DNA of 45,957 bases from an uncultured bacterium (GCA_964447125.1 CAYUSL010000003.1:1-45957), one strand, 5' to 3'; shown: positions 31,714 to 42,346, numbered from the stretch's first letter. Numbers and translations: made by a program. The notes: generated by a model from the letters alone, not told the origin.

Positions 31714-32098
31714 CGAGAAACCTCGGTAACGCGTCGAGAACGAAACTCACGAAGCCTTCGCGAGCTAGCACGGCTCCGAGCTGAAGCGCGACGAGAACGA
31801 AACTTCCGTTCGAGACGACTGCAATCCAGGTCCAGACATCGTCCACCCGCCGCCTGAGAGCAACGAGACCGAGCACCAACCCCACGACGGCCGGCGCGAA
31901 CCCTGCCATGAGCAGATACGCATGCAGCCTTGCCCACAGCGCGGGATCGTGAACTCCTCGCGCGTAGTCCGTCTTGCCGTCGAACCACCACGGCAGAAGC
32001 CCATGGCCGGTTCGCAGCATCGCGAGTGCGCCGAACAGCGCCAAGCCGATGGCGTAGGAAACGCGAACAGCGCGCTCCGGGTGAGCCGGTGAGGCCAC
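31706..32098 (-). CDS. Hypothetical small membrane protein
   Basis: ORF 31706..32200 trimmed to the GTG at 32098 (GGAG 5 nt upstream), because the longer form overlaps rplQ. Three to four hydrophobic spans (YAIGLALFGALAML, AYLLMAGFAPAVVGLVLGLVAL, WIAVVSNGSFVLVALQLGAVL). The stop overlaps the next ORF's start by 8 nt. Confidence 0.45.
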   Translation of the reverse strand: MASPAHPERAVRVSYAIGLALFGALAMLRTGHGLLPWWFDGKTDYARGVHDPALWARLHAYLLMAGFAPAVVGLVLGLVALRRRVDDVWTWIAVVSNGSFVLVALQLGAVLAREGFVSFVLDALPRFLDV

Positions 32099-32123
32099 AT
32101 CGGCTCCGGCCCGACGTCGCCGA

Positions 32124-32576
32124 TCAGGTACCGGGCGCGCCGCTCGCCGCCGCGATCTGCCCAGCCTTGGCCGAGTCCTTGCGCTTCTTCCTCGCCGCAA
32201 CTTCCTTACGAGTCTTCTCGCTTGCCGCGAGAAACTGAATCATCGCCATCGGAGCAGCGTCGCCGGCACGAGATCCGATCTTCACGATCCGCGTGTAGCC
32301 ACCAGCTCTAGTCCGGTAACGCGGCGCCAACTCCTCGAACAACTTCTTCGCAGTCGGCCGCCCGTGGATCCAGCGCATGGCTTGGCGCCGTGAGTGCAGC
32401 GTGTCCCTCTTGCCGAGCGTGATCAATCGCTCGGCATACGGCCGCAGAACCTTCGCTTTGGCGACCGTGGTGATTACACGCTCGTTCTCGATCAGGGACG
32501 TCGCAAGGTTCTTGAGCAGCGCGCGACGATGCGCAGCAGTGCGGTTGAGCTTGGCAACGCTATTTCGATGACGCAT
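32124..32576 (-). CDS. rplQ: 50S ribosomal protein L17 (with Lys/Ala-rich C-terminal extension)
   Basis: MRHRNSVAKLNRTAAHRRALLKNLATSLIENERVITTVAKAK...GGYTRIVK. Confidence 0.96.
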   Translation of the reverse strand: MRHRNSVAKLNRTAAHRRALLKNLATSLIENERVITTVAKAKVLRPYAERLITLGKRDTLHSRRQAMRWIHGRPTAKKLFEELAPRYRTRAGGYTRIVKIGSRAGDAAPMAMIQFLAASEKTRKEVAARKKRKDSAKAGQIAAASGAPGT

Positions 32577-32623
32577 GGCTGCCTCGTGACGACTCGGCTG
32601 GCGTGGATAGGCGGAACGAGCGG

Positions 32624-33658
32624 TTAGACGCGATCCGCTGCGCCTTGTTGATCGCGCTCGCGCTTCATGCGCTCGATCTGGTCGCCGCTCGGAAAGTTCT
32701 CGAGACGCATCCCGAGGCTGAGCCCCATGCTCCTCAGAACCGCCTTGATCTCCGCCAGCGACTTTCGTCCAAAGTTCTTCGTACGCAACATCTCTTCCTC
32801 GGTGCGCTGCACCAGATCACCGACGTACCGGATGTTGTCGTTCTTCAAGCAGTTTGCCGACCGCGCCGACAACTCGAGCTCGTCGACCGAGCGAAAAAGG
32901 TGCTCGTTGAACTCGGTCAGAACCTGTACCGTCGCTGGCTCCGGCTCCTCCGATTCCTCGAAATTCACGAAAATCGCGAGCTGCGACTGCAAGATCTTGG
33001 CAGCATACGCGACCGCATCTTCCGGGCGAATGCTGCCATCGGTCCACACTTCGAGGATCAACCGGTTGTAGTCGGTGCGCTGCCCGACGCGCGCATTGGT
33101 AACGGTGTAATTGACACGGCGAATCGGCGAGAAAATCGCGTCGATGGGGATGTAACCAATGGGCCGGTCTTCGTCTGCTGCGCCACGCTCTGCCGGCACG
33201 TATCCCCTGCCGACATCGACCGTGAGATCCATCCGCAGCCGTCCGTCCTCAGACAAGGTAGCGATGTGTGCTTCCGGGTTCAGGATCTCGACGTTGTGAT
33301 CGACCTGGATCTGGCCGGCTGTCACGCGACCCGGCCCACGCACGTCGATCTTCCCATGTCGAGGACCGTCACCATCTACCGAGAGGCGAACCTCCTTCAG
33401 ATTGAGAACCACGTCGGTGACGTCTTCGACTACGCCAAAGATCGTCGAGAACTCGTGGTCGACTCCTTCGATCTGGACTCCCGTGATGGCCGCGCCCTGC
33501 AGCGAGGACAGCAGAATCCGCCGCAAGCTATTACCCAGGGTGATACCGAAGCCACGCTCGAGCGGTGCCGCATAGAATTTGCCGTAGGTCGACGTCAGCG
33601 TGTCGGCGTCGTGCTCGAGTCGCTTCGGCCGGATCAGATCCTTCCAAGGTGCGTTCAT
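32624..33658 (-). CDS. rpoA: DNA-directed RNA polymerase subunit alpha
   Basis: [44 protein letters not shown], and the C-terminal domain [24 protein letters not shown]. Start set to the ATG at 33658 ([12 protein letters not shown]). Confidence 0.96.
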   Translation of the reverse strand: MNAPWKDLIRPKRLEHDADTLTSTYGKFYAAPLERGFGITLGNSLRRILLSSLQGAAITGVQIEGVDHEFSTIFGVVEDVTDVVLNLKEVRLSVDGDGPRHGKIDVRGPGRVTAGQIQVDHNVEILNPEAHIATLSEDGRLRMDLTVDVGRGYVPAERGAADEDRPIGYIPIDAIFSPIRRVNYTVTNARVGQRTDYNRLILEVWTDGSIRPEDAVAYAAKILQSQLAIFVNFEESEEPEPATVQVLTEFNEHLFRSVDELELSARSANCLKNDNIRYVGDLVQRTEEEMLRTKNFGRKSLAEIKAVLRSMGLSLGMRLENFPSGDQIERMKRERDQQGAADRV

Positions 33659-33707
33659 TCGTCCTCTCCCTCCTCGTGCGCTTGTCTCCGCGGACGGCGG
33701 AGGGTCG

Positions 33708-34337
33708 TCACTTGCTGTAAAGCTCGACAACTAGACGCTCGTGGATCTCGGGAGTCGTCAGGTCATCACGCTTCGGCATCTCTCGAACCTTTCCGCGGAA
33801 CTGATCACGATCGAGCTCGAGCCACGACGGCACTCCGCGGCGCACCACGCTCTCGAGCGCCGACTGCACGCGCGTGAGCTTGCGGCTACCGCTGCGGACT
33901 TCGATCACGTCACCCGTACGAGTCAGGTACGAGGGGATGTTCACCTTGCGCCCGTTGATCGCCACGTGGCCATGCCGCACCAACTGGCGAGCCTCGTTAC
34001 GCGAGCTCGCAAACCCCAATCGATAAGCGACGTTGTCGAGACGTCGTTCGAGGAGCTGTAGAAGGTTCTCGCCGGTGATGCCCTTCATCCGATCAGCGCG
34101 GTAGAAATACGATCGGAACTGATCTTCCATCAGCCCGTAAACGCGCTTGACTTTTTGCTTCTCGCGAAGCTGGACGCCGTATTCCGAGAACTTGGGCCGC
34201 AACTGCCCGTGCTGCCCCGGAGGATAATTGCGGCGGTCGATCGCACACTTCTCGCTGTAACAGCGGTCCCCTTTCAGGAACAGCCGCGCGTTTTCCCGGC
34301 GGCATAGCCGGCACACAGAACCTCGATAGCGAGCCAA
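33708..34337 (-). CDS. rpsD: 30S ribosomal protein S4
   Basis: [31 protein letters not shown]...QLREKQK. TTG start with GGAGGAGG upstream. Confidence 0.96.
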   Translation of the reverse strand: MARYRGSVCRLCRRENARLFLKGDRCYSEKCAIDRRNYPPGQHGQLRPKFSEYGVQLREKQKVKRVYGLMEDQFRSYFYRADRMKGITGENLLQLLERRLDNVAYRLGFASSRNEARQLVRHGHVAINGRKVNIPSYLTRTGDVIEVRSGSRKLTRVQSALESVVRRGVPSWLELDRDQFRGKVREMPKRDDLTTPEIHERLVVELYSK

Positions 34338-34358
34338 AGCGAACCTCCTCCTTCGACT

Positions 34359-34760
34359 TCAGACCCGTCGGCGCTTCGGCTGACGGCAACCGTTGTGTGG
34401 GATCGGCGTCACGTCCTTGATCATGGTTACGCCCACGCCAGTGGTCTGGATCGCGCGCAGAGCGGCCTCACGGCCAGCACCCGGCCCCTGCACGCGGATC
34501 TGCACGGTCTTGAGCCCTTGATCCTGCGCCTTGCGTATCGCTTCCTTACAGGCGAGCTGCGCCGCGAAGGGTGTGCTCTTACGCGAGCCCTTGAATCCCT
34601 CCGTGCCCGCGCTCGCCCACGAAACGACGTTCCCCGTCGGATCCGTGACGGTGACGATGGTGTTGTTGAACGTCGATCGGATGTGGACCACGCCAATCGG
34701 AACTACCTTACGGACCTTCTTCTTTTTCGATCCGGCAACCTTGCCTGCAGTCGTAGCCAC
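34359..34760 (-). CDS. rpsK: 30S ribosomal protein S11
   Basis: [30 protein letters not shown]...[11 protein letters not shown]...[21 protein letters not shown] start. Confidence 0.96.
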   Translation of the reverse strand: MATTAGKVAGSKKKKVRKVVPIGVVHIRSTFNNTIVTVTDPTGNVVSWASAGTEGFKGSRKSTPFAAQLACKEAIRKAQDQGLKTVQIRVQGPGAGREAALRAIQTTGVGVTMIKDVTPIPHNGCRQPKRRRV

Positions 34761-34813
34761 TGGTCATCTCTCCCTGTCGTTCGATCTTCGCACGCCCACG
34801 CCGCCAGGCGGCG

Positions 34814-35185
34814 TCATCGCGGCTTCGGTCCGGTGCTGCCGCGGCGGGGTCCCTTTCGGGTTCGCGAGTTGGTACGCGTTCGCTGGCCACGTACCGGCAG
34901 GCCCTTCCGATGGCGAAGCCCACGGTAGCATCCGAGATCCATGAGGCGCTTGATGTTCATCGACACCTCGCGTCTCAGATCGCCTTCGACCTGAAAACGC
35001 GTATCGATGATGCGGCGGATGCGAACGAGGTCGTCGTCCGTGAGGTCGTCGGACTTCTTGTCGAAGTCCACCTCCGCAGCGTCCAGGATCTTCCGAGCCC
35101 GTGACCGACCAACCCCAAAAATGTATGTGAGTGCAATCTCCGCGCGCTTGTTGCGCGGGAGATCGACGCCAGCGATTCGCGCCAA
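34814..35185 (-). CDS. rpsM: 30S ribosomal protein S13
   Basis: [25 protein letters not shown]...[24 protein letters not shown] start with GAGGAGGG upstream. Confidence 0.96.
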   Translation of the reverse strand: MARIAGVDLPRNKRAEIALTYIFGVGRSRARKILDAAEVDFDKKSDDLTDDDLVRIRRIIDTRFQVEGDLRREVSMNIKRLMDLGCYRGLRHRKGLPVRGQRTRTNSRTRKGPRRGSTGPKPR

Positions 35186-35198
35186 GTCTACGCCCTCC

Positions 35199-35312
35199 TC
35201 ATCCCTGGCGCTGCTTGTGCCGAGGGTTTTCGCAGATCACTCGGACGACTCCTTTGCGCCGAAGGACCTTGCATTTCGAACAGATCTTCTTGACCGAGGC
35301 TCGTACCTTCAT
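35199..35312 (-). CDS. rpmJ: 50S ribosomal protein L36 (Cys/His zinc type)
   Basis: Not in the ORF track because it is under 60 aa. The hand translation of the minus strand gives [37 protein letters not shown]. Confidence 0.93.
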   Translation of the reverse strand: MKVRASVKKICSKCKVLRRKGVVRVICENPRHKQRQG

Positions 35313-35356
35313 GTCAGTCTCTCGCCAATCGCTCTTCTTCCGGCTCGTCGAGTGCT

Positions 35357-36034
35357 TCAAATGCGGCGCGGCTCGCACTGCCGCCTGCGAATCTGCTCGA
35401 CGCGGCCGGTAAGTTGCTGGAATACCTCGTCTGCACTGCCGTCCGCACGGATACGATCCAGCGCACCCGCACGGCTGTAGTGTTCCGTCAACGGCTCCGT
35501 TTGCGCCTTGTATACCGCCAGTCGTGCCCGAATCGTATCCTCACGATCATCCGAGCGTTGTATGAGCTCTGCGCCGCACCGTGTGCACTTGCCGTCGAAC
35601 CCCAGCCCAGTGTCGACGTGATAGGGCTGCCCGCAGTTCCCGCAAACCCGACGGCCGCTCAGTCTTCTCACGACCACGTCGTCGTCAACGTCCAACAACA
35701 GGCATCGATCGACAGGTCCGTGGCGACTTGCCGCGAGCATCTTGTCAAGCGTCTCGGCTTGGCTCAGCGTCCTCGGGAACCCATCGAGAATGAATCCATT
35801 GGTGCAATCTGGACGACTCAGGCGCTCCTCTACTAGACCAACCACGACCTCGTCGGGAACCAGCTCGCCTCGATCCAGGTACGGCCTCGCGCTCGCGCCC
35901 AGCGCCGTACCGGAGTCCACCGCTGCACGAAGGATGTCGCCAGTCGCGATTCGGGGTACGCGAAGAGCTACGGCGAGTCGTTCGCCTTGCGTACCCTTAC
36001 CGGCGCCTGGTGGACCAACCAAGATCAGCTTCAT
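35357..36034 (-). CDS. adk: Adenylate kinase (zinc-lid type, C-terminal extension)
   Basis: [23 protein letters not shown], lid CGNCGQPYH...[16 protein letters not shown]. Confidence 0.95.
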   Translation of the reverse strand: MKLILVGPPGAGKGTQGERLAVALRVPRIATGDILRAAVDSGTALGASARPYLDRGELVPDEVVVGLVEERLSRPDCTNGFILDGFPRTLSQAETLDKMLAASRHGPVDRCLLLDVDDDVVVRRLSGRRVCGNCGQPYHVDTGLGFDGKCTRCGAELIQRSDDREDTIRARLAVYKAQTEPLTEHYSRAGALDRIRADGSADEVFQQLTGRVEQIRRRQCEPRRI

Positions 36035-36052
36035 CGGCGTCCGTAACCCGTT

Positions 36053-37393
36053 TCACCTCCGACCGCGGAAACGACCCCCGCCGCCGGCCCCCGACAGGAA
36101 TCCATCGTAACTACGCGTTATCAAGTGTGTTTCAACCTGCGCTAACGTGTCCATCCCCACCCCGACGACGATGAGAAGCGACGTGCCGCCGAATCCAAAG
36201 GGAACGTGGAAGTAGCCATACAGGACCGATGGCAAGACGCAGATCGCAGCGAGATACAAGCCGCCAACCAAGGTCAAACGGCCGAGCACCCGATTGAGAT
36301 ATTCAGCAGTCTTCTTTCCGGGCCGAATCCCAGGAATGTAACCACCATACCGCCGCATGTCATCTGCGACCTTGTCCGGGTCGAACTGAATCGCCGCGTA
36401 GAAATACGCGAAGAAGATGATGAGCAGCACGTACGCTGCGTTGTACACCCATCCCTGGCGGTTCATGTTGTTCACGAACAGCTCGAGCGCTGGATGCTCC
36501 GCCACGAAATCCTTGGGAATGAACTGCAGCATCGTCACCGGGAACATCAGCAAGCTGGACGCAAAGATTGGCGGGATCACACCAGTCACGTTCAACTTGA
36601 GCGGCAGATAGGTCGATTGCGCGCCGTACATACGCCGTCCCACGACGCGCTTTGCATATTGCACCGGCACACGCCGGTGCGCTCGTTCGAAGTACACGAT
36701 CAGGCCGACGACCACGACCATGAACGCAATCAGGATCAACACACCGAAGAGTGGAAGCTCTCTCGTTTCCATCAACGCGACGATGTTTCCGAGCGCCTGA
36801 GGAAGGCGAGCGACGATACCGGCATAGATGACGAGTGAAATGCCGTTCCCGATGCCGCGCTCGGTGATCTGCTCTCCAAGCCACATCAGAAAGACCGTGC
36901 CGGAGCACAGCGTGATCATGGTGATCAGCTTGAAGCCGATTCCAGGATGCAGCACGACGGAGCCGAGCCCGCCCTCTCCCTGGATGCTCTGAATCCAGGC
37001 AGATATGCCGAACGCCTGAACCATGCTCAGCGGAACGGTTGCGTAGCGCGTGTACTGATTGATTCGACGCCGCCCTGCCTCACCTTCTTTCTGGAGCTTC
37101 TCGAGGCTCGGGATGACCACAGTCAGGAGCTGCAGGATGATGGAGGCACTGATGTACGGCATGATGCCGAGCGCGAAGACCGAAAACCGCTCGAGCGCTC
37201 CCCCTGTGAAGAGATTGAACAGTCCGAAGACATTCGTCTCTTGACTCTGAAAGAACCGCTCCAGCTCAGGCCCGTTGATTCCGGGCACGGGTACGTGCAC
37301 GCCGAACCGATATACGGCCAGCAACACGACGGTCCACCAGAGCCGCCGCTTCAGCTCGGGGATCTTCGGGATGTTTTCCAGGCCGCTCAGCAC
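36053..37393 (-). CDS. secY: Preprotein translocase subunit SecY
   Basis: 10-TM pattern with FALGIMPYISASIILQLL, GEAGRRRINQYTRY, GTSLLIVVGV. GTG start. Confidence 0.96.
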   Translation of the reverse strand: MLSGLENIPKIPELKRRLWWTVVLLAVYRFGVHVPVPGINGPELERFFQSQETNVFGLFNLFTGGALERFSVFALGIMPYISASIILQLLTVVIPSLEKLQKEGEAGRRRINQYTRYATVPLSMVQAFGISAWIQSIQGEGGLGSVVLHPGIGFKLITMITLCSGTVFLMWLGEQITERGIGNGISLVIYAGIVARLPQALGNIVALMETRELPLFGVLILIAFMVVVVGLIVYFERAHRRVPVQYAKRVVGRRMYGAQSTYLPLKLNVTGVIPPIFASSLLMFPVTMLQFIPKDFVAEHPALELFVNNMNRQGWVYNAAYVLLIIFFAYFYAAIQFDPDKVADDMRRYGGYIPGIRPGKKTAEYLNRVLGRLTLVGGLYLAAICVLPSVLYGYFHVPFGFGGTSLLIVVGVGMDTLAQVETHLITRSYDGFLSGAGGGGRFRGRR

Positions 37394-37400
37394 GGATGCT

Positions 37401-37853
37401 TCACTCGACGATCTCGACCGTACCGCCGGCCGCTTCGATCTTGGCTTTCGCCGCTGGCGTCACCGCTGCAACCTTCACGGTCAACGGGCGGTCGATCTCG
37501 CCGTCGCCGAGCACCTTGACGCCGTGCAATGCTTTCGAGATTCGCCCGATCGCGAGCAATCCCGCCGCGTCGACGACGCTCAAGGGATTGAATAGCCCAA
37601 GATCGCGTACGTTGATGACGGCGTAGCGAACCCGCGAAGGGCTACGAAAGCCTCGCTTCGGAATGCGGCGGCTCAAGGGCATCTGGCCGCCCTCGAAACT
37701 CCGCGGGATGTGGCCGGCCCCCGAGCGAGCCTTTTGGCCCTTGTGCCCTTTGCCGGCGGTGCCACCCGTGCCCGACGCCGAGCCGCGCCCCACCCGATGC
37801 CGGTTGCGTCGCGCGCCGCGCGCAGGCTTCAACGACTTGAGCGAAGTACCCAT
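37401..37853 (-). CDS. rplO: 50S ribosomal protein L15
   Basis: MGTSLKSLKPARGARRNRHRVGRGSASGTGGTAGKGHKGQKARSG...FEGGQMPL. Start set to the ATG at 37853; a GTG at 37868 is an alternative. Confidence 0.94.
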   Translation of the reverse strand: MGTSLKSLKPARGARRNRHRVGRGSASGTGGTAGKGHKGQKARSGAGHIPRSFEGGQMPLSRRIPKRGFRSPSRVRYAVINVRDLGLFNPLSVVDAAGLLAIGRISKALHGVKVLGDGEIDRPLTVKVAAVTPAAKAKIEAAGGTVEIVE

Positions 37854-37883
37854 CACACCTCTCTCCACGTCCGATGTGCGCGC

Positions 37884-38090
37884 TCAGCCCGCCGCGCCGA
37901 CGGTGCTCTTTTCCTCGACGGTTACGAGGTGGATCACCTTCTTGACCGCCCCCCGGAACGCGGGGGTGTTAGGCCGGACGACCGAACGCCCGAGCCGGCG
38001 AAGCCCCAAACCGATCAAGGTGTCACGCTGTGTCTGCGGAGTCCCGATCGGGCTTCGCACGAGAGTGATTCGAATATGTGACTCGGCCAT
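37884..38090 (-). CDS. rpmD: 50S ribosomal protein L30
   Basis: IRITLVRSPIGTPQTQRDTLIGLGLRRLGRSVV. Confidence 0.93.
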   Translation of the reverse strand: MAESHIRITLVRSPIGTPQTQRDTLIGLGLRRLGRSVVRPNTPAFRGAVKKVIHLVTVEEKSTVGAAG

Positions 38091-38100
38091 CGCCTCGACC

Positions 38101-38616
38101 TCAACGCTGCTGATAGGGCAGATCGACGAGCCGCCGACCGCGCTTGCGCGCGACCTCGTCCGGCTCCCGAAGCTGCTTCAACGCCTCGAACGTCGCATGA
38201 ATCACGTTGTTCGGGTTGTTGGTTCCGATGCACTTCGTCAGGATGTTCTCGATGCCCGCCGAGTCGAGTACGGCACGCATGGGCCCTCCGGCGATGACGC
38301 CGGTTCCCTGCGAAGCCGGCTTGAGCAGCACCCGGCCAGCCCCCGCACGCCCCTTCACTTCGTATGGAATCGTGCCCTTGACGATGGGAACGCGCACCAT
38401 CGACGAGCGTGCCTTCTCGATCCCTTTGCGGATGGCTTCCGGCACTTCCCGCGCTTTGCCGAGCGCAAACCCGACTTTGCCTTGCTTGTCGCCTACGACC
38501 ACCAGCGCACTGAACGAGAAGCGCCGACCGCCCTTCACCACCTTCGCAACGCGGTTGACGTAAACGACCTTGTCGACCAAGCGACTGTCGTCGGAAACGA
38601 ACTCACGCACGCCCAT
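38101..38616 (-). CDS. rpsE: 30S ribosomal protein S5
   Basis: [47 protein letters not shown]...GTGVIAGG. Confidence 0.96.
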   Translation of the reverse strand: MGVREFVSDDSRLVDKVVYVNRVAKVVKGGRRFSFSALVVVGDKQGKVGFALGKAREVPEAIRKGIEKARSSMVRVPIVKGTIPYEVKGRAGAGRVLLKPASQGTGVIAGGPMRAVLDSAGIENILTKCIGTNNPNNVIHATFEALKQLREPDEVARKRGRRLVDLPYQQR

Positions 38617-38625
38617 CCTCCGATC

Positions 38626-38991
38626 TCAAAACGCGAGGCCAGCCTTGCGGGCCCCATCGGCGACCGCCTGGATGCGGCCGTGGTACAGAAATCCATTGCG
38701 GTCGAACACCACCGCCTTGATCTCGCGAGCCAGTGCCTTCGCCGCCACGAGCTCGCCTACTTTCGCCGCGGCTTCTTTACCCCACGATTTGACCGCGGCG
38801 CCCCGTATCTCGGGGCTCAGCGACGAGGCGGCAACCAACGTCCTACCTGTGACGTCGTCGATCACTTGCGCGTAGATGTGCTTCTCGCTGCGATAGACGG
38901 TGAGACGCGGCCGTTCAGCCGCACCACGGACTTTGCGACGCACCCGATCGCGCCGCCGACTCCAGCCGAGCTTCTTTCGATTCGTGTTCAT
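38626..38991 (-). CDS. rplR: 50S ribosomal protein L18
   Basis: [35 protein letters not shown]...[23 protein letters not shown] at 38991 has GAGG 6 nt upstream. The GTG at 39009, overlapping the rplF stop, is an alternative. Confidence 0.93.
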   Translation of the reverse strand: MNTNRKKLGWSRRRDRVRRKVRGAAERPRLTVYRSEKHIYAQVIDDVTGRTLVAASSLSPEIRGAAVKSWGKEAAAKVGELVAAKALAREIKAVVFDRNGFLYHGRIQAVADGARKAGLAF

Positions 38992-39005
38992 CGACGACCT
39001 CGAAC

Positions 39006-39551
39006 TCACTTCAAGCCGGTCTTGCCGACCTTGAGCTTGATGACCTCACCCTCGTTGCGAACGCCTTTGCCCTTGTATGGCTCTGGCGGACGCAGTGCGC
39101 GCAGCTTTGCGACCGTCTGACCGAGCACGGCCTTGTCGACACCTTCGAGGCTGATCTTGACGGGACGATCGGTGACCTTCGCCGAAACGCCATCGGGCAG
39201 GGGGAATACGATCGGATGCGAGTAGCCCAGCGCCAGCACGAGATCGCGCCCCTTCAGCTCTGCTCGGTATCCGACACCGACGATCTCGAGGTTGCGCTGG
39301 AAGCCCTTCGAGAGTCCCTCCACCGAGTTCGCGAGCAGGCTCCGGAGCAATCCGTGCGTAGCCCGCGCCTCGCGGCCACCGCTGCCGTCGCTATGCAGTG
39401 CCAGCGCACCAGTGGTCACCGAGGCATCGATCCCTGCCGGCAGCGTCCGCTCCACGGTGCCCTTTGCGCTCTTGAGACGCACCGTGCGGCCATCGACCGT
39501 CGCCGACACTCCGCCCGGCAGTGCGATCACCTTCTTCCCGATCCGCGACAT
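39006..39551 (-). CDS. rplF: 50S ribosomal protein L6
   Basis: [15 protein letters not shown]...[10 protein letters not shown]...LGYSHPI...[10 protein letters not shown]. Confidence 0.96.
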   Translation of the reverse strand: MSRIGKKVIALPGGVSATVDGRTVRLKSAKGTVERTLPAGIDASVTTGALALHSDGSGGREARATHGLLRSLLANSVEGLSKGFQRNLEIVGVGYRAELKGRDLVLALGYSHPIVFPLPDGVSAKVTDRPVKISLEGVDKAVLGQTVAKLRALRPPEPYKGKGVRNEGEVIKLKVGKTGLK

Positions 39552-39561
39552 GAACCGCTCC

Positions 39562-39960
39562 TCACCACACCGAACAGATCAGCTCGCCGCCGACGCCGGC
39601 CTTGCGCGCTTGCTGATCCGTGAGCACACCCTTGGACGTGGACAGAATCGCGATGCCGAGCCCGCCCATCACGAACGGGATCTCGTCCTTAGCGACGTAC
39701 CTCCGGATGCTGGGGCGACTCTCGCGCCGCAACCCGGCGATCGCTGGTCGGCGCGGGTTTTCGTACCGAAGCTTGATAACGATCGCCCCCTGCGGGCCCT
39801 CGTCCTGCCAGTCCACGGATTCGACGTAGCCCTCGTCACGCAGGATCTCGGCGATCCGCCGCTTCAAGGTGGAGCCCGGAATGCTCAACGAGGCGTGTCG
39901 TGCACGCGCGGCGTTGCGAATTCGAGCGAGCATGTCGCCAACAGGGTCGGTCAAGCTCAT
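39562..39960 (-). CDS. rpsH: 30S ribosomal protein S8
   Basis: [17 protein letters not shown]...ILRDEGY...[27 protein letters not shown]. Confidence 0.96.
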   Translation of the reverse strand: MSLTDPVGDMLARIRNAARARHASLSIPGSTLKRRIAEILRDEGYVESVDWQDEGPQGAIVIKLRYENPRRPAIAGLRRESRPSIRRYVAKDEIPFVMGGLGIAILSTSKGVLTDQQARKAGVGGELICSVW

Positions 39961-39981
39961 CGTTTCATTCCTCCGGACGTC

Positions 39982-40167
39982 TCACCAGCTCGACTTGATC
40001 ACGCCCGGGATCTCGCCCTGCAGCGCACGCTTGCGGAAGCAGATGCGGCACATGTCGAACTTGCGATAATACGCCCGCGCGCGACCACAGATCGCGCAAC
40101 GGTGATATGCCCGAACCTTGAACTTCGGCTTGCGTCGGGCCTTGAGGATCATCGATTTCTTTGCCAC
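39982..40167 (-). CDS. rpsN: 30S ribosomal protein S14, short zinc-binding (type Z) form
   Basis: 61 aa: [48 protein letters not shown] start. Confidence 0.94.
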   Translation of the reverse strand: MAKKSMILKARRKPKFKVRAYHRCAICGRARAYYRKFDMCRICFRKRALQGEIPGVIKSSW

Positions 40168-40170
40168 GCG

Positions 40171-40770
40171 TCACTCCCCTACCGGGCGCGGACCCGTCCG
40201 CCGGAACGGCATCCCGAATTCGGCCAGCAACGCACGCGCTTCGTCATCCGTCTTGGCCGTAGTCACGATCGTGCAGTTCAATCCGCGGACGCGATCGAGC
40301 TTGTCGTAGTCGATCTCCGGGAAGATGATCTGCTCCTTGAGGCCGAGCGTGTAGTTCCCGCGTCCATCGAAGCCCTTGGGCGACACGCCCTTGAAATCCT
40401 TCAAACGCGGCAGCGCCAGATTCACCAGGCGATCGAGGAATTCGTACATCCGATCACCACGGAGCGTGACCATCGCCCCGATCGCCATTCCTTCACGGAG
40501 CTTGAAGTTCGACACCGATCGCCGGGCTCGCGTCACCACCGCCTTCTGACCAGCGATGATCGTGAGCTGTTCCGCCGCAGCGTCGACGACTTTAGAATTC
40601 TGGATCGCCTCGCCCAAGCCCATGTTGAGCACGATCTTGGTGATTCGCGGCGTCTGCATGTGGTTCGCGTATCCGAACTGCTCACGCAGTCGAGGCACCA
40701 CCTCGTCCGCGTAGCGGACCTTCATGCGCGCCACGTAGCGCGAGCCGCCCTGCGCCTGTTCAGCCTGCAT
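40171..40770 (-). CDS. rplE: 50S ribosomal protein L5
   Basis: [36 protein letters not shown]...[14 protein letters not shown]. The start is uncertain. The ATG at 40770 has GGGGAGG 6 nt upstream but overlaps rplX by 11 nt. The GTG at 40734 (giving MARMKVRY) and the ATG at 40725 are alternatives. Confidence 0.9.
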   Translation of the reverse strand: MQAEQAQGGSRYVARMKVRYADEVVPRLREQFGYANHMQTPRITKIVLNMGLGEAIQNSKVVDAAAEQLTIIAGQKAVVTRARRSVSNFKLREGMAIGAMVTLRGDRMYEFLDRLVNLALPRLKDFKGVSPKGFDGRGNYTLGLKEQIIFPEIDYDKLDRVRGLNCTIVTTAKTDDEARALLAEFGMPFRRTGPRPVGE

Positions 40771-41092
40771 CGATCGCCTCCCCACAGGCCTTGCACATGC
40801 GGCTCGCGTTGCCGGCGGCGTCACGGCGCTGCCCGACGCGTGTCGGCTTGCTGCAACGCGGACACACCAGGCGGGCATTCGAGACGTGAAGCGGCATCTC
40901 CTTCTCGACGATCCCACCCTGACGCGCCTTCTGACTCGGGCGGGTGTGGCGCTTCGCGAAGTTCACCCCTTCGACCAGCACTCGGTCCTTCTTCGCGAGC
41001 ACACGCAATACCTTGCCGCGCTTGCCCCGATCCTTGCCGGCGCTCACCTCGACGGTGTCGCCCCTGCGAACGCTGTACGTGGCGTGCTTCAT
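40760..41092 (-). CDS. rplX: 50S ribosomal protein L24 with C-terminal CxxC...CxxC zinc-ribbon
   Basis: [24 protein letters not shown]...[33 protein letters not shown], then [13 protein letters not shown]...RMCKACGE. Confidence 0.95.
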   Translation of the reverse strand: MKHATYSVRRGDTVEVSAGKDRGKRGKVLRVLAKKDRVLVEGVNFAKRHTRPSQKARQGGIVEKEMPLHVSNARLVCPRCSKPTRVGQRRDAAGNASRMCKACGEAIDAG

Positions 41093-41100
41093 ACCGAACC

Positions 41101-41469
41101 TCAGAGCACTTCCGGTGCGAGCGAGATGATTTTCGTGAAGTTCTTCGCACGCAGCTCGCGCGCGACCGGTCCAAAGATGCGAGTTCCGATGGGCTCTCGC
41201 TGCGGCGTGATCAGCACGACCGAGTTGGTGTCGAATCGGATGTACGACCCATCGGGGCGTCCCACCTCCTTCGCCGTACGCACGATGACCGCGTGGTGAA
41301 CCTCACCCTTCTTAGCCTTGGAGCGAGGCAGAGCCTCCTTGACGGACACGACGATCACGTCACCAACCGAAGCATAGCGCCGCCTCGTGCCACCCAGCAG
41401 TTGGATGCACTCGACGCGCTTCGCGCCCGAGTTGTCGGCGACATCCAACCAGGTTTCGACCTGAATCAT
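41101..41469 (-). CDS. rplN: 50S ribosomal protein L14
   Basis: [22 protein letters not shown]...[11 protein letters not shown]...AVIVRT...IRFD.N..VLI. Confidence 0.97.
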   Translation of the reverse strand: MIQVETWLDVADNSGAKRVECIQLLGGTRRRYASVGDVIVVSVKEALPRSKAKKGEVHHAVIVRTAKEVGRPDGSYIRFDTNSVVLITPQREPIGTRIFGPVARELRAKNFTKIISLAPEVL

Positions 41470-41478
41470 GACGATCCC

Positions 41479-41742
41479 TCAGTTCGCGTGCGAAAGCACC
41501 TTGCGTACCCGCCAGCTCTTCCGCTTGCTGAGGGGACGGCACTCCACGATTTCCACCGTGTCGCCAACCTTGCACTCGTTGCGCTCGTCGTGAGCCATGT
41601 ATCGGCGGTGGCGGCGTAGCACCTTCTTGTAGAGCGGATGCGCCGCTCGGCGCGTCACGCGCACCACGATGGTCTTGTCCATCTTGTCGCTCACCACGAT
41701 GCCGACGTGACGCTTGCGAATCGATCGCGCCTCCGCGTTCAT
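41479..41742 (-). CDS. rpsQ: 30S ribosomal protein S17
   Basis: [17 protein letters not shown]...HPLYKK......YMAHDE.N.CKVGDTV.I.ECRPLSK.K.W. Confidence 0.96.
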   Translation of the reverse strand: MNAEARSIRKRHVGIVVSDKMDKTIVVRVTRRAAHPLYKKVLRRHRRYMAHDERNECKVGDTVEIVECRPLSKRKSWRVRKVLSHAN

Positions 41743-41933
41743 TGCCCCTTACCCCGCTCGTTCATCACGGTTTGGGCCCGCGCGATGTCGCGACGGACGG
41801 TACGCAATCGCGAGCTGTTGCGGAGCTGCCCCGTCGCGTGCTGAAGCCGCAGGTGGAACAGATCCTCGCGCAGCTCCCGCTCGCGCCCCTTGAGCTCTTC
41901 GTCGCTCATGCCCTTGAACTCTTCCAGGCTCAC
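41739..41933 (-). CDS. rpmC: 50S ribosomal protein L29
   Basis: (V)[55 protein letters not shown]. The GTG at 41933 overlaps the rplP stop (GTGA). The ATG at 41909 is an alternative. Confidence 0.9.
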   Translation of the reverse strand: MSLEEFKGMSDEELKGRERELREDLFHLRLQHATGQLRNSSRLRTVRRDIARAQTVMNERGKGQ

Positions 41934-42346
41934 AGCCCTTCCTCCCGAACGACCGCTCGCGTCTTGATGGGAAGCTTGTGCCCAGCGATCCGCATCGCCT
42001 CGAGCGCATCGGCGCGCGCAACACCCTCGATCTCGTAGAGGATCCTGCCCGGCAACACGACCGCGACCCAATCTTCGGGATTGCCTTTGCCCTTACCCAT
42101 ACGAGTTTCGAGCGGCTTCTTCGTGATCGGTTTGTCCGGGAAGATGCGGATCCACACCTTGCCGTGGCGCTTGACGTGACGCGTGATCGCGACGCGTGCG
42201 GCCTCGATCTGACGACTCGTCAACCAGCCGGGTTCGAGCGCCTGCAGCCCGAACTCGCCGAGCGAGAGCTTCGACCCACGGTAGGCCTTGCCACCGAGCC
42301 GCCCCTTTTGAAGCTTGCGGAACTTCGTGCGTGCCGGCTGAAGCAT
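41930..42346 (-). CDS. rplP: 50S ribosomal protein L16
   Basis: [36 protein letters not shown]...[35 protein letters not shown]. Confidence 0.97.
   Translation of the reverse strand: MLQPARTKFRKLQKGRLGGKAYRGSKLSLGEFGLQALEPGWLTSRQIEAARVAITRHVKRHGKVWIRIFPDKPITKKPLETRMGKGKGNPEDWVAVVLPGRILYEIEGVARADALEAMRIAGHKLPIKTRAVVREEGL

Noticed and set aside
39292-41619. 775-aa plus-strand ORF
   Set aside because: It runs antisense across rplF, rpsH, rpsN, rplE, rplX, rplN and rpsQ. It is low-complexity and Arg/Pro/Ser/Ala-rich. No real gene could be superimposed on seven conserved ribosomal genes.
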